Source: an uncultured Actinomycetota bacterium | GTDB taxonomy: Bacteria; Actinomycetota; Actinomycetes; JAHEKZ01 | Direction of reading: 5' to 3' | Length of the DNA stretch: 64,000 bases | Assembly (NCBI GenBank): GCA_963718235.1 | Contig: CAVQYR010000001.1 | Span: 864,001-928,000 of the forward strand | Part shown: positions 33,994 to 46,582 of the stretch, one piece after another | Position numbering within the stretch: position 1 is the stretch's first letter | How the letters are laid out: every line of letters begins with the position of its first letter | Program-made: the position numbers and the translations under genes | Notes under the pieces: model-generated | Seen by the model: only the letters and a program-made list of their open reading frames with translations | Databases searched by the model: none | What the model was told of the DNA's origin: nothing

Positions 33994-35655
33994 ATGGATG
34001 CCTTCATCGACCCGTTTCGACGAGCCGCCCGCTCGGTGCGGCGACGCTGGCGCGGGTCGCTGCAGCTTCGTGTGGTGGCCACCACCCTGGCGCTGTCCCT
34101 CGTCGTCCTGGTGGTCCTGGGGCAGGTCCTGGTGGGTCGGATCACCGACGGCCTCCTCGAGGCCAAGTTGCAGACGTCGTTGGTCGAGGCGCGGTCCGGG
34201 CTGAACCAGGCGCAGGCCCTGGTCGAGGCGTCCGACCGCACCGACGCCGCGGGGGCGACCCGCCTGGTCGACCAGATCGTCGTCCAGCTGGCCAACGGCG
34301 GGGCCGGCATCCCGCGGCTGTACGACGTGCTGCTGCTGAGCTCCTCGGCCGTGGTCCCCCAGCGCGGGTCGAGCCTGGTCTCGGAGACCAGCGTGCCGGA
34401 CGACCTGCGCACCGCCGTCGAGGACGGCCAGCGGCAGGCCTGGGCCTACACCGAGCTGCGCTCGAGCGACGACCGCACGCCCGAGCCCGCCCTCGCCGTC
34501 GGGGCGCCGCTGCAGGTGCCGGGGCTGGGCAGCTACGAGCTGTACTACCTGTTCCCGCTGGCCTCGGAGCAGGCGACGCTGAGCCTGGTGCAGCGGGCCC
34601 TGGCGATCGCAGGGGTCGTCCTGGTGGCCCTGCTCGGCTGGATCGCCTGGTTCGTCACCCGACAGGTGGTCGACCCGGTCCGCTACGCGTCGACCGTCGC
34701 CCAGCGGCTGTCGGCTGGGGTGCTGTCGGAGCGGATGGCCGTGACCGGCGACGACGACCTGGCGGCTCTGGCGCGTTCGTTCAACCAGATGGCCGACAGC
34801 CTGCAGACCCAGATCGGCCAGCTCGAGGAGCTGTCCCGGGTGCAGCGGCGGTTCGTCTCCGACGTCTCGCACGAGCTGCGCACCCCGCTCACCACCGTGC
34901 GGATGGCCTCCGACGTCCTGTACGAGACCCGCGAGGACTTCGACCCGACGACCGCTCGGGCCGCCGAGCTGCTGCAGAACCAGCTCGACCGGTTCGAGTC
35001 CCTGCTCGTCGACCTGCTGGAGATCAGCCGGTTCGACGCCGGAGCGGCCGTCTTGGACCCGACCTCCGTGGACGTGCGCGACCTGGTGGCCCATGCGGTC
35101 GATGCCGCAATGCCCCTGGCCCAGCAGCGCGGCTGCACCCTGACCGTGGCCGCGCCACCTCAGCCCTGCCGGGCCGAGCTGGACACCCGCCGGATCGACC
35201 GGGTCGTGCGCAACCTGCTGGCCAACGCCATCGAGCACAGCGAGGGCCGCCCGGTGGTCGTGACGATCGGGGGCGACGAGGAGGCCGTGGCGATCGCCGT
35301 GCGCGACCACGGGGTCGGGCTGCGTCCCGGCGACTCTTCGCTGGTCTTCAACCGCTTCTGGCGGGCCGACCCGGCGCGGGCCCGGACCACCGGCGGGACC
35401 GGACTCGGCCTGGCGATCTCCCTGGAGGACGCGCGGCTGCACGGGGGCTGGCTGCAGGCCTGGGGGGAGCCGGGCGACGGGGCGAACTTCCGGCTGACCC
35501 TGCCGCGGCGCCCCGACATCGACCTGACTTCCTCGCCGCTGCCGCTGCAGCCGCCCGACGCCTCGACCCGGCGGCGCGCCCCGGTGTCGGTCGGTGGCCC
35601 GCCCACGTGGCGCCCCCGCCCGGACCAGTCGACCTCGGCCGAACGCCATGGGTAG
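33994..35655 (+). CDS. mtrB: Sensor kinase MtrB
   Basis: SLQLRVV, YELYYLFPL, HAMP domain, SDVSHELRTPLTTVRMA, FWRADPARARTTGGTGLGL. Confidence 0.95.
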   Translation: MDAFIDPFRRAARSVRRRWRGSLQLRVVATTLALSLVVLVVLGQVLVGRITDGLLEAKLQTSLVEARSGLNQAQALVEASDRTDAAGATRLVDQIVVQLANGGAGIPRLYDVLLLSSSAVVPQRGSSLVSETSVPDDLRTAVEDGQRQAWAYTELRSSDDRTPEPALAVGAPLQVPGLGSYELYYLFPLASEQATLSLVQRALAIAGVVLVALLGWIAWFVTRQVVDPVRYASTVAQRLSAGVLSERMAVTGDDDLAALARSFNQMADSLQTQIGQLEELSRVQRRFVSDVSHELRTPLTTVRMASDVLYETREDFDPTTARAAELLQNQLDRFESLLVDLLEISRFDAGAAVLDPTSVDVRDLVAHAVDAAMPLAQQRGCTLTVAAPPQPCRAELDTRRIDRVVRNLLANAIEHSEGRPVVVTIGGDEEAVAIAVRDHGVGLRPGDSSLVFNRFWRADPARARTTGGTGLGLAISLEDARLHGGWLQAWGEPGDGANFRLTLPRRPDIDLTSSPLPLQPPDASTRRRAPVSVGGPPTWRPRPDQSTSAERHG

Positions 35656-37390
35656 GTCCCGCGGGCCGGCCGGGATGCTCGCTCTGCTGCTCGCCGTGCT
35701 GGTCCCGCTGGTCGCGGTCGCGAGCGTCCTCGGCGGGTGCGCGAGCATCCCCTCCTCCGGTCCGGTCCGCCAGGGCGAGGAGGTCCAGGCCGCGGTCGAC
35801 GAGCCGTTCATCCGGGTCCTTCCACAGGCCCCGGCTCCCGGTCTCGCGCCGGTCGCCGTCGTCCGAGGGTTCCTGGCCGCCTCGGCGAGCTTCGAAGGTG
35901 ACCACGAGGTCGCGCGCCAGTTCCTCACGCCGGCCGCCTCGGACACGTGGGACGCCACGGCCGGGGTCCTGGTCTACGACGACGAGCGCGGTTTCTCGCT
36001 GCGGGCGACCGACCGCCGCCGGGTGGAGTTCCGCGCCGACGCGTTCGCCACCATCGACGCCGACGGCTCGCTGACGCCCCGGCAGAACACGACGACCACG
36101 ACCGACTTCGGCGTGGCCCGGGTCGACGGCGAGTGGCGGATCTCCGAGCTCCCCGACGGGCTGTTCCTCACCCGACTCGACGTCGCGCGCTCCTACCGGG
36201 CCCTGGACCTGTTCTTCGTCTCCGGACAGGGGTCGTTCCTGGTTCCTGACCCGGTCTACGTCCCGATCGTCCGCCCTGGCTCGGCGACGAGCCTGATGCG
36301 GGCGCTGCTGGGCGGCCCGACCCCCTGGCTCGCGCCCGCGGTGCGGACCGCGTTCCCGGTCGGCACGTCGCTGGTCGTCGACGCCGTCCCGGTCGAGAAC
36401 GGGATCGCCCAGGTGAACCTGTCCAGCGAGGTGCTCACGGCCACTGACGCGGAGCTGTCGGCACTGACCGCTCAGACGGTGTGGACGTTGAGCCAGCTGC
36501 CCGAGGTGACCGGGATCCGGATCACCGCGGACGGCAGCAACCTCAGCCTGCCGGGTGGGGCCTTCGTCCAGACCGAGGCCGACTGGAGCGGGTTCGACCC
36601 CAATGCCTCGCCCAGCACCGTCGCCGGACTGGCCGTGGCCGGCCAGCGGGTGGTCCAGATCAACGGTGACGCCCTCGTCGCGGTGCCCGGTCCGTTCGGT
36701 GACGGCACCTACGCCCTGCGTGGCCCCACCGCCAACTGGGTCGGGGACCAGCTGGCTGCGGTGACCGCCGACGGTCGGCAGCTGCTCGTCCAGGAACGGG
36801 CCGAGCCGCAGCGGGTGAGCCGGGTGTTCACCGGCGAGGACCTCGCCGCCCCCTCCTACGACGGCGACGGCCTGCTGTGGTTCGTGGACCGGACCGACCG
36901 GGGCAGTGTCGTGCGGGTCGTCGACGACACGGGCAAGGTGCGTCGGGTGGCCGCACCGGGTCTGGCCCGCCGCTTCGTGGTGGAGCTGCGGGTGTCGCGT
37001 GACGGAGCCAGGGCCGCGGTCGTCGTGCAACGACCGGGCGGCAGCGGTCAGCTGCTGCTGGCCCGGCTGGAGCGTTCCGGGTCCCGGGTCAGCCTGTCCG
37101 GTCTGCGCCCGCTGGAGCGCACGCTGACCGACGCGTCGTCGGTGGCGTGGCCGGCGTCGGACCGCCTCGTCGTGCTGGCCCGGCAGCGCGGGGCCGCGGT
37201 CCAGCCCTGGCTCGTGGGGCTGGACGGCCTGGTCGCCCCGACGGGTGGGTCGCTGCCCGGCCTGGTGTCGGTGGCGGCCGCGCCGCAGCGGCCGCTGCTG
37301 GTGGGGACCACCGACGGTCGCCTCTGGGAGGACACCGGCCTGAGCTGGCGCGAGGTGGCGCGGGGGTTCGACCCCAGCTACGCGGGCTGA
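35648..37390 (+). CDS. lpqB: Lipoprotein LpqB (GerMN + beta-propeller)
   Basis: Lipobox LGGC-ASIP, ARQFLT, LVPDPVY, TVWTL, SRDGARAA; follows mtrB. Confidence 0.92.
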   Translation: MGRSRGPAGMLALLLAVLVPLVAVASVLGGCASIPSSGPVRQGEEVQAAVDEPFIRVLPQAPAPGLAPVAVVRGFLAASASFEGDHEVARQFLTPAASDTWDATAGVLVYDDERGFSLRATDRRRVEFRADAFATIDADGSLTPRQNTTTTTDFGVARVDGEWRISELPDGLFLTRLDVARSYRALDLFFVSGQGSFLVPDPVYVPIVRPGSATSLMRALLGGPTPWLAPAVRTAFPVGTSLVVDAVPVENGIAQVNLSSEVLTATDAELSALTAQTVWTLSQLPEVTGIRITADGSNLSLPGGAFVQTEADWSGFDPNASPSTVAGLAVAGQRVVQINGDALVAVPGPFGDGTYALRGPTANWVGDQLAAVTADGRQLLVQERAEPQRVSRVFTGEDLAAPSYDGDGLLWFVDRTDRGSVVRVVDDTGKVRRVAAPGLARRFVVELRVSRDGARAAVVVQRPGGSGQLLLARLERSGSRVSLSGLRPLERTLTDASSVAWPASDRLVVLARQRGAAVQPWLVGLDGLVAPTGGSLPGLVSVAAAPQRPLLVGTTDGRLWEDTGLSWREVARGFDPSYAG

Positions 37391-37455
37391 CCCGGTCGTC
37401 CCCAGGGCCGGTTGCCTCCGCCACGCCCACGCGGGTCGGCGGCCACGGTGCTGCG

Positions 37456-38190
37456 ATGGCGGCGACCAGCGGGTGGGTCGAGCGGGCCTGGGCCGGGTTC
37501 GCCGACCTCGTGCTCGGTCTGGAGTGTGCCGGGTGCGGTCGACCGGGATCCGGCTGGTGCGGCGCCTGTGACCGAGCGCTGCAGGGCCCGCTGGTGCCCG
37601 GTCCCTCGCGGTCGGTGGGGGTCCCCGTGGTGGCGTGCGCGCCGTACGACGGGGCGGTGCGGGCTGCGCTGATCGCGCACAAGGAGCAGGGCCGCCTCGC
37701 CCTGGTCCGCCCGCTGGGTGACGCGCTCGCCCGCGCGGTCCGGGGCCTCGACCTGCCGGGTCCGGTGCTGCTGGTGCCCGTCCCGTCGTCGCCCGCGGTC
37801 GTACGACGACGCGGGCACGACCATGCGCTCCGGCTCGCTCGTCGGGCCGGCCGGGTCCTGGGCGAGGGCGGGGTCCGCGTCCCCGTCGCGGCGTGGCTGC
37901 GCAGCCAGGGCTCGGTCCGCGACCAGGTCGGTCTCGACGTCGCCCAGCGCCGGGTCAACAAGGAGTCGACGACCCTGGTGCGTGGCGTCGTCGGGGGAGG
38001 AGGTCGGCTCCCGGTGGTCGTCGTCGACGACATCGTGACGACCGGTGCCAGCCTGGCAGCGTCCGTCGGTCGGCTGCGGGCCTTCGGTGTCGTCGTCGTG
38101 GGGGCCGCAACGGTGGCCGCCGTCGAGCGTCGCAGGACCGCCCACCACCCGAACCGCGGTGTCGAGCCGGCCGGTCCTCCGATAGCGTGA
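37456..38190 (+). CDS. comF: ComF family protein (Zn ribbon + PRTase)
   Basis: CAGC..CGAC, VPVP, RRGHDH, VVVVDDIVTTGASL. Confidence 0.88.
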   Translation: MAATSGWVERAWAGFADLVLGLECAGCGRPGSGWCGACDRALQGPLVPGPSRSVGVPVVACAPYDGAVRAALIAHKEQGRLALVRPLGDALARAVRGLDLPGPVLLVPVPSSPAVVRRRGHDHALRLARRAGRVLGEGGVRVPVAAWLRSQGSVRDQVGLDVAQRRVNKESTTLVRGVVGGGGRLPVVVVDDIVTTGASLAASVGRLRAFGVVVVGAATVAAVERRRTAHHPNRGVEPAGPPIA

Positions 38191-38196
38191 GGACAT

Positions 38197-38471
38197 GGCA
38201 CCCGCCCGGGTCCGTGGTTGCGTCATCGATGTCTCTCGCACGCCTCGGCGTGCGCTGCGACGTCGTGACAAGCCGATGCCAGTCGCAGGCGAAACGGCCC
38301 ACGTAAGGCGACTTCTCGTCGTCCGATCACGGTGCGGCTTAGGAGTAAGTCCTGCCCTGCCGGTCGCCCAGATGGCGACCGACCCAGGAGAAGGGGAGTA
38401 GTGGCCACGAGGCTGCGAGACCCTCGGCAGGCGAATGTGGGGTCGAAGACCAGGTCGGCCGGGCGGGTGCC
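38197..38471 (+). ncRNA. raiA motif RNA
   Basis: Terminal stem GGCACCCGCCCGG/CCGGGCGGGUGCC; recalled conserved tracts GUGGUUG, GAUGCCAGUCGCAGGCGAAACG, CCACGUAAG, GGUGCGGCUUAG-AGUAAGUCCUGCC, GCAGGCGAAUGUGGGGUCGAAGACCAGGUC; canonical comF-hpf context; TAGCGT -10 at 38183. Confidence 0.92.
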
Positions 38472-38508
38472 GCCCGCAGTGCCGCACGTCGAGTGGGGAG
38501 GACCATTC

Positions 38509-39150
38509 ATGGACATCGTCGTCAGAGGACGTCACACCGACGTCTCGGACCGGTTCCGTGAGCACGCCGCCAGCAAGCTGGCCAAGGTCGAGCGCTACGA
38601 CAGCAAGTGCCATCGGGTGGACGTCGAGGTGTCGGCCGAGAGCAACCCGCGACTCGCCGACCAGTCGGTGCGGGTCGAGATCACCTGTCATGGGAAAGGT
38701 CCGGTCATCCGCGGGGAGGCCTCGGCGGCCGAGAAGTACGTCGCCCTCGACCTGGCCTACGCCCGGCTCGAGGAGCGGCTGCGGCGGGCCGCCGACAAGC
38801 GCGCCGACCACGGACGCCGCCAGGCCCGCGCCTCCGAGCGGCAGGGGGCCGCGCCGGCGACCGGCCGGGGGGCGAACGGCGCGGTCGCGCCGAGCGAGGA
38901 GACGATGACGGCGGTGGTCACGGCGACCACCGTGGCGGGCATCGAGGTGCACGGCGACGGCCCGCTGGTCGTCCGCGAGAAGGTGCACGCCACCACCCCG
39001 ATGACGCTGGACCAGGCCCTGTACGAGATGGAGCTGCTCGGCCACGACTTCTTCCTCTTCGTGGACCAGGCGTCCGGCCGGCCGAGCGTGGTCTACCGCC
39101 GCAAGGGGTATGACTACGGAGTGATCCACCTCGACGTCGAGCCGGGTTGA
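38509..39150 (+). CDS. hpf: Ribosome hibernation promoting factor (long HPF/RaiA)
   Basis: MDIVVRGRH, S30EA domain, VVREKVH..PMTLDQALYEMELLGHDFFLF, YRRKG.DYG. Confidence 0.95.
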   Translation: MDIVVRGRHTDVSDRFREHAASKLAKVERYDSKCHRVDVEVSAESNPRLADQSVRVEITCHGKGPVIRGEASAAEKYVALDLAYARLEERLRRAADKRADHGRRQARASERQGAAPATGRGANGAVAPSEETMTAVVTATTVAGIEVHGDGPLVVREKVHATTPMTLDQALYEMELLGHDFFLFVDQASGRPSVVYRRKGYDYGVIHLDVEPG

Positions 39151-39218
39151 GCCGATCGGGTGGTGTGAACCCGTCCGAACCCTGACCCTTTCGGGCCGGG
39201 GCGTGGCACCATGATCAG

Positions 39219-39920
39219 GTGACCGAGGTCCCCGAGGACGCCAGCGTCCCGTTGAGCGAGCCGATCCGAGTGCTCGTCGTCGACGACCACGCCCTCTTCC
39301 GGCGCGGGCTGGAGATCGTGCTGGTCCAGGAGCCCGACATCGACGTCGTGGGCGAGGCGAGCGACGGCGAGGAAGCGGTGTCCGTGGCCGCGGACCTCCT
39401 GCCCGACATCGTGCTGATGGACATCCGGATGCCCAAGGGGTCCGGCATCGACGCCTGCACGGCGATCAAGGACCTCGTCCCGAGCGCGCGGATCGTCATG
39501 CTCACCATGAGCGACGAGGAGGCCGACCTCTACGAGGCGATCAAGGCCGGGGCGTCGGGGTACCTGCTCAAGGAGATCCCGATCGACGAGGTCGCTGCCG
39601 CGATCCGGGCGGTCCACACCGGCCAGTCGCTGATCAGTCCGGCGATGGCCGGCAAGCTGCTCACCGAGTTCGCCTCGATGATGCGCGAGCCGGTCGACCA
39701 GCCTCGGTCGTTGGCGGCCCCGCGGCTCACCGACCGTGAGCTGCAGGTGCTCAAGCTCGTGGCGCGCGGCATGAACAACCGCGACATCGCCAAGGAGCTG
39801 TTCATCTCCGAGAACACGGTGAAGAACCACATCCGCAACATCCTGGAGAAGCTGCAGCTGCACTCCCGGATGGAGGCCGTGGTCTACGCCGTCCGCGAGA
39901 AGCTGCTCGAGATCACCTGA
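39219..39920 (+). CDS. NarL/LuxR-family response regulator (orphan)
   Basis: VVDDHALFRRG, GASGYLLK, LTDRE...ISENTVKNHIRNILEKL. Confidence 0.93.
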   Translation: MTEVPEDASVPLSEPIRVLVVDDHALFRRGLEIVLVQEPDIDVVGEASDGEEAVSVAADLLPDIVLMDIRMPKGSGIDACTAIKDLVPSARIVMLTMSDEEADLYEAIKAGASGYLLKEIPIDEVAAAIRAVHTGQSLISPAMAGKLLTEFASMMREPVDQPRSLAAPRLTDRELQVLKLVARGMNNRDIAKELFISENTVKNHIRNILEKLQLHSRMEAVVYAVREKLLEIT

Positions 39921-39923
39921 CGC

Positions 39924-41141
39924 GTGGCCCGCGAGCAGCTCAGCCTGGCCCAGGCCCGGCGGGTGGCCCTGGCCGCCCAGGGGTTCGGCGACGCCCGCTT
40001 CGCCGACCGCTCCAGGACCCCTGACCTTCGGACGCTCAAGCGCGTCGTCGCCCGCACCGGGCTCCTGCAGATCGACTCGGTCAACGTGCTGGTGCGGGCG
40101 CACTACCTGCCGGTGTTCAGCCGGGTCGGGCCCTACCCCCGTGAGCTGGTCGAGCGGGCGGCCTACCGCCGGCCACGGGCGCTGTTCGAGTACTGGGGTC
40201 ACGAGGCGAGCCTGCTGCCGGTAGCGGTGCAGCCGCTGTTCCGCTGGCGGATGGCCGAGGCGATGGACCATGCCTGGGGCGGCATGCGACGGGTCGCTCA
40301 GGAGCGCCCCGAGCTGCTGGGTGCGCTGGTGGCCGACGTGGCCGCCGAGGGGCCCCTGACGGCCTCCGAGCTGGCCGCCCGCCACGACAGGGACCGGCCC
40401 CGGCGCACCGGACCCTGGTGGGACTGGTCGGACGTGAAGCGGTCGCTGGAGTTCCTGTTCTGGTCCGGGCAGGTCACCACGGCCACCCGGAGGGGCTTCG
40501 AGCGGGCCTACGACCTGCCCGAGCGGGTGCTGCCGCGGGAGGTGCTCGACACCCCCACGCCGTCCCGGGAGGACGCCCAGCGCGAGCTGCTGCGGCGGTC
40601 GATCCGCTCGCTGGGAGTCGCGGCGGCCCGCGACCTGCGTGACTACTACCGGCTGCCCGCCGCCGATGCCAAGACGCGGATCGCCGAGCTCGTCGAGTCC
40701 GGCGAGCTCGCACCGGTCTCGGTCGAGGGTTGGCGGCAGCCCGGCTACCTCGACCCGTCGGCCCGGGTGCCCCGTCAGGTGTCGGCGAGCGCCCTGCTCG
40801 TTCCCTTCGACCCGCTGGTCTGGGAGCGCGACCGTACCGAGCGGCTGTTCGGCTTCCGCTACCGGATCGAGATCTACGTGCCGGCCTCCGCGCGGGTGCA
40901 CGGCTACTACGTGCTGCCCTTCCTGCTCGACGAGGCGCTGGTGGCCCGGGTCGACCTCAAGGCCGACCGGACGGCCGGGGTCCTGCGGGTGCAGGGCGCG
41001 TTCGCCGAGCCGGGCGCCCCGGCGGAGACCGCCGAGCGGCTGGGCCGCGAGCTCGCATCGATGGCCGAGTGGCTCGACCTGTCCGGCGTCGAGGTCATCC
41101 CCAACGGAGACCTCGCCCGCCCGCTCGCCGCTGCCGTCTGA
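39924..41141 (+). CDS. YcaQ/AlkZ (HTH_42) family DNA glycosylase-like winged-helix protein
   Basis: LQIDSVNVL.RAHY, FEYWGHEA, RRGFERAYDL, PFDPLVWER, YGYYVLPFL-like motif. Confidence 0.88.
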   Translation: MAREQLSLAQARRVALAAQGFGDARFADRSRTPDLRTLKRVVARTGLLQIDSVNVLVRAHYLPVFSRVGPYPRELVERAAYRRPRALFEYWGHEASLLPVAVQPLFRWRMAEAMDHAWGGMRRVAQERPELLGALVADVAAEGPLTASELAARHDRDRPRRTGPWWDWSDVKRSLEFLFWSGQVTTATRRGFERAYDLPERVLPREVLDTPTPSREDAQRELLRRSIRSLGVAAARDLRDYYRLPAADAKTRIAELVESGELAPVSVEGWRQPGYLDPSARVPRQVSASALLVPFDPLVWERDRTERLFGFRYRIEIYVPASARVHGYYVLPFLLDEALVARVDLKADRTAGVLRVQGAFAEPGAPAETAERLGRELASMAEWLDLSGVEVIPNGDLARPLAAAV

Positions 41142-41170
41142 GGGCGCGCGGAGCGACCCGACCGGGCCGG

Positions 41171-42292
41171 TCAGTCGCTGGCCAGCCGCGCGTGCAGGTG
41201 CTCGTCGTGCAGCTGGCCGTCTCCGTAGCGGTAGGCCTGGCGCAGCGTGCCCTCCAGGGCGAACCCGGCCCGTTGGGCGACCCGGCACGACGCCGGGTTC
41301 TCCACGGCGTGCAGCAGGCGGATCCGCTGCAGGGGCAGCGTGGCGAACGCCCACTCGGTGACCGCCCGCACGCCCTCGGTGGCCAGTCCGCGGCCCCGCT
41401 CCTGCGGGAGGACGCCGTAGCCGATCTCGGCCGTGGCGTTCTGGGCGTCCAGGGAGTGCAGTCCGATCCCGCCCAGCAGCCGGCCGTCGTCGGGGTCGGC
41501 GATCGCCCACGCCGCGGCCCGACCGTCGGACCACCGGGTGCGCCGGCGCACGAGCTCGGCGGCGTCGGCGAGGTCGACGATGTCCTCCGGGTCCCAGGCC
41601 GACACGACCGGGTCGGTGGAGTAGGCGAGCACGGCCGGGGCGTCGGTCGGGCGGTAGGCCCGCAGGAGCAGTCGCTTCGTCCGCAGCTGGACCGGCTCAG
41701 CCGGCCAGCCGGGCAGCAGCCAGGACGCGCGGGGTGCTCCGGCCTTCGTCCGGGCCAGGTCGGCGGGCAGCAACGACCCGAGCCACCCGTCGACCCGGGT
41801 GCCCCGATGCACGAGCCCCAGGCGCAGGGTCCCCTCGACCACGAAGCCGACGGCCTCGGCCACCTGACGGCTCGCCACGTTGCCGACCTCGGCCTGCCAC
41901 ACGATCCGTGGCACGCCCTGGTCGAACAGCCAGCGGCACAGCGCTCGGGTCGCCCGGGTCGCCACTCCGCGGCCCCGGGCGCGGGGGGCGACCCAGTAGC
42001 CGATCTCGGTTCCGCTCTCCTCGTGGACGTCGACCACGCCGAACGAGCCCAGCAGCTGTCCGGTGGCGCCATCGACGCCGGCGAACGACGGCAGCCCGGC
42101 CGCCCACCGCTCGCTGCTGCTGCTCACGAACCCGTCGGCGTCACTCGTGGTGTAGGGCACCGGAACGCGGGTCCAGCGCTGGATCTGCGGGTCCTGGCAC
42201 GCCTCGAGCACGGCGCCGGCGTCCTCGGCCGCCCAGGGCCGGAGCATCAGGTCGCCGTCGTGCAGCGTCGTGGGGGTGGTCAGCTCGGGCAT
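41171..42292 (-). CDS. Tandem two-domain RimJ/RimL-type GNAT acetyltransferase
   Basis: Two EIGY...RGRG.AT / N.AS.RVA...GF..EG repeats. Confidence 0.88.
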   Translation of the reverse strand: MPELTTPTTLHDGDLMLRPWAAEDAGAVLEACQDPQIQRWTRVPVPYTTSDADGFVSSSSERWAAGLPSFAGVDGATGQLLGSFGVVDVHEESGTEIGYWVAPRARGRGVATRATRALCRWLFDQGVPRIVWQAEVGNVASRQVAEAVGFVVEGTLRLGLVHRGTRVDGWLGSLLPADLARTKAGAPRASWLLPGWPAEPVQLRTKRLLLRAYRPTDAPAVLAYSTDPVVSAWDPEDIVDLADAAELVRRRTRWSDGRAAAWAIADPDDGRLLGGIGLHSLDAQNATAEIGYGVLPQERGRGLATEGVRAVTEWAFATLPLQRIRLLHAVENPASCRVAQRAGFALEGTLRQAYRYGDGQLHDEHLHARLASD

Positions 42293-42843
42293 CGGGCTCC
42301 GATCCAGGCGTCGATGGCCACCAGCTGGTCGGGGTGGTCGGGGTCGTGCCGCTGCAGCCGCTGGCGCAAGGTGGCCTCGAGGGCGAACCCGGCGCGTTCG
42401 GCCACGGCCCTGCTGGCGTCGTTGCCGACGACCGCCTGCCACTCGATCCGCTGCAGCCCCTGGACGCCGAACCCGAAGGCGCACACCAGCTCCACGGCGT
42501 CGGTCATGATGCCTCGGCCGCGAGCCTGCGGGGCCAGCCAGAACCCGACCTCGGCCACGCCGGCCAGGCGGGGGTGCAGGCCGATCGTGCCGAGGAAGCT
42601 GCCGGTCTCGCGGTCGGTGATCACCCAGACCAGGTCCTCCCCGGAGGCCCAGCCGGGCTCGACCAGCGAGGTGACGAACCAGCGAGCGTCGTCCAGGGTG
42701 TAGGGCGAGGGGATCGCGGCGATCCACCGCGGGATCTCCGGGTCCTGGCAGGCGGCAGTGATCGCGTCGACGTCGTCCAGGGTCGGCGGGCGCAGCAGCA
42801 GCCGCTCGTCGGAGAGCTCGGTGCGCGCTGGGGTCGCCGTCAT
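42280..42843 (-). CDS. RimJ/RimL-type GNAT acetyltransferase
   Basis: ACQDPEI, EVGFWL..ARGRG, GNDASRAVAERAGF. Confidence 0.88.
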   Translation of the reverse strand: MTATPARTELSDERLLLRPPTLDDVDAITAACQDPEIPRWIAAIPSPYTLDDARWFVTSLVEPGWASGEDLVWVITDRETGSFLGTIGLHPRLAGVAEVGFWLAPQARGRGIMTDAVELVCAFGFGVQGLQRIEWQAVVGNDASRAVAERAGFALEATLRQRLQRHDPDHPDQLVAIDAWIGARCPS

Positions 42844-42874
42844 GCGACCTCATCCTGCCGGTGGACCGGTCCAG

Positions 42875-42901
42875 GTCACCAACTGATTACGATGTGGTCA
42901 C
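42875..42901 (+). promoter_or_regulatory. secA promoter region with GTCAC repeats (possible MtrA/GlnR-type boxes)
   Basis: GTCAC(42875), ATTAC(42886), GTCAC(42897) at 11-bp period, overlapping a TACGAT -10 at 42888. Confidence 0.4.
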
Positions 42902-42982
42902 ACGGCGTCCGACGCCGTCGCGGCCATGGGCCCGGGTCGAGTACCGGGAGTCCGCCGCCTGTGCACCCGACGGAGACGAAGC

Positions 42983-45778
<2,796 letters not shown>

Positions 45779-45788
45779 GCCCGCCGGG

Positions 45789-46382
45789 TCAGCCGAACAC
45801 GACGGCGGTGCACACCCAGCGGCCGCGGAGTCCTTCCAGCCGCAGGGCCACCGCGCGTGGGCGCTCGCTACCGGCCACCACCAGGGCCACCTCGGCGATC
45901 CCGTCGGCCGGCTCGCAGACGTGTACCGAGCGCACCGACTCCCGGCGCACGCCGGGGCCGACCCGGTGCTGCGCGAGCTCGGCGTAGACGGAGGCTGAGG
46001 TCCACCTCAGCAGCTGGGTCACCGGTCGGCTCCCGCTACGCACCTCCAGCAGGGCCTGCCCCAGCCGGGCGGCCCACATCCGCGGGTCGGTCAGCTGCGC
46101 CCGGGCGGTGTGGTCCGGCGGCTCGTCGTCGGTGTCGGTCGGCTCCCAGGCCCGCCGGGGCGCCGGGGCCAACGCGAGGTCGGGGGCGGCCGGCTCGGCG
46201 GGCAGCCCCCCGGGCAGCACGTAGGCCAGGGCGAGGGTGCCCTGGACGGCGGCAGCCACCGGCCGACCGCTGCGTCGAGGCGACTGGCCGGGCGGCTCCC
46301 AGGAGGGGGCGGGGACCACCCGTAGCCGACGGGCGGGGACGTCCGGGGGGCCGGCGGGAGGGACAGGTGAGGTCGGGGGCAT
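45789..46382 (-). CDS. Rv3235 family protein
   Basis: LEV..G.RP..QL.RWT, VH.CEPADG.AEV, RAVALRLE...GRW.CT; convergent with secA. Confidence 0.85.
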   Translation of the reverse strand: MPPTSPVPPAGPPDVPARRLRVVPAPSWEPPGQSPRRSGRPVAAAVQGTLALAYVLPGGLPAEPAAPDLALAPAPRRAWEPTDTDDEPPDHTARAQLTDPRMWAARLGQALLEVRSGSRPVTQLLRWTSASVYAELAQHRVGPGVRRESVRSVHVCEPADGIAEVALVVAGSERPRAVALRLEGLRGRWVCTAVVFG

Positions 46383-46430
46383 CGGGACTCCTCGCGGTGA
46401 GTCGGTGGCCTCGATGGGTCATGTGCTTAC

Positions 46431-46476
46431 GTTTGCCTCGGTTAACCTGAGTTAATCATGCGTTTGGTCGTGCTTG
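46431..46476. promoter_or_regulatory. Helically phased AT-rich pentamer array (putative operator)
   Basis: GTTTG(46431), GTTAA(46441), GTTAA(46451), GTTTG(46462), GCTTG(46472). Confidence 0.55.
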
Positions 46477-46582
46477 GGCATTGTGCGCCGGACCGAGCGG
46501 GCGGGCAAGCGGTACGCCCGACCTGGGGACAACCCTCGAACCGGGCCCGCCGGGCCCGACCGTTCGGTTAGCGTCCCCGGCC

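Noticed and set aside
38195-38516. Small ORFs in the comF-hpf gap and a 59-aa HPF extension
   Set aside because: The region is explained by the raiA RNA; HPF has its own RBS before ATG 38509
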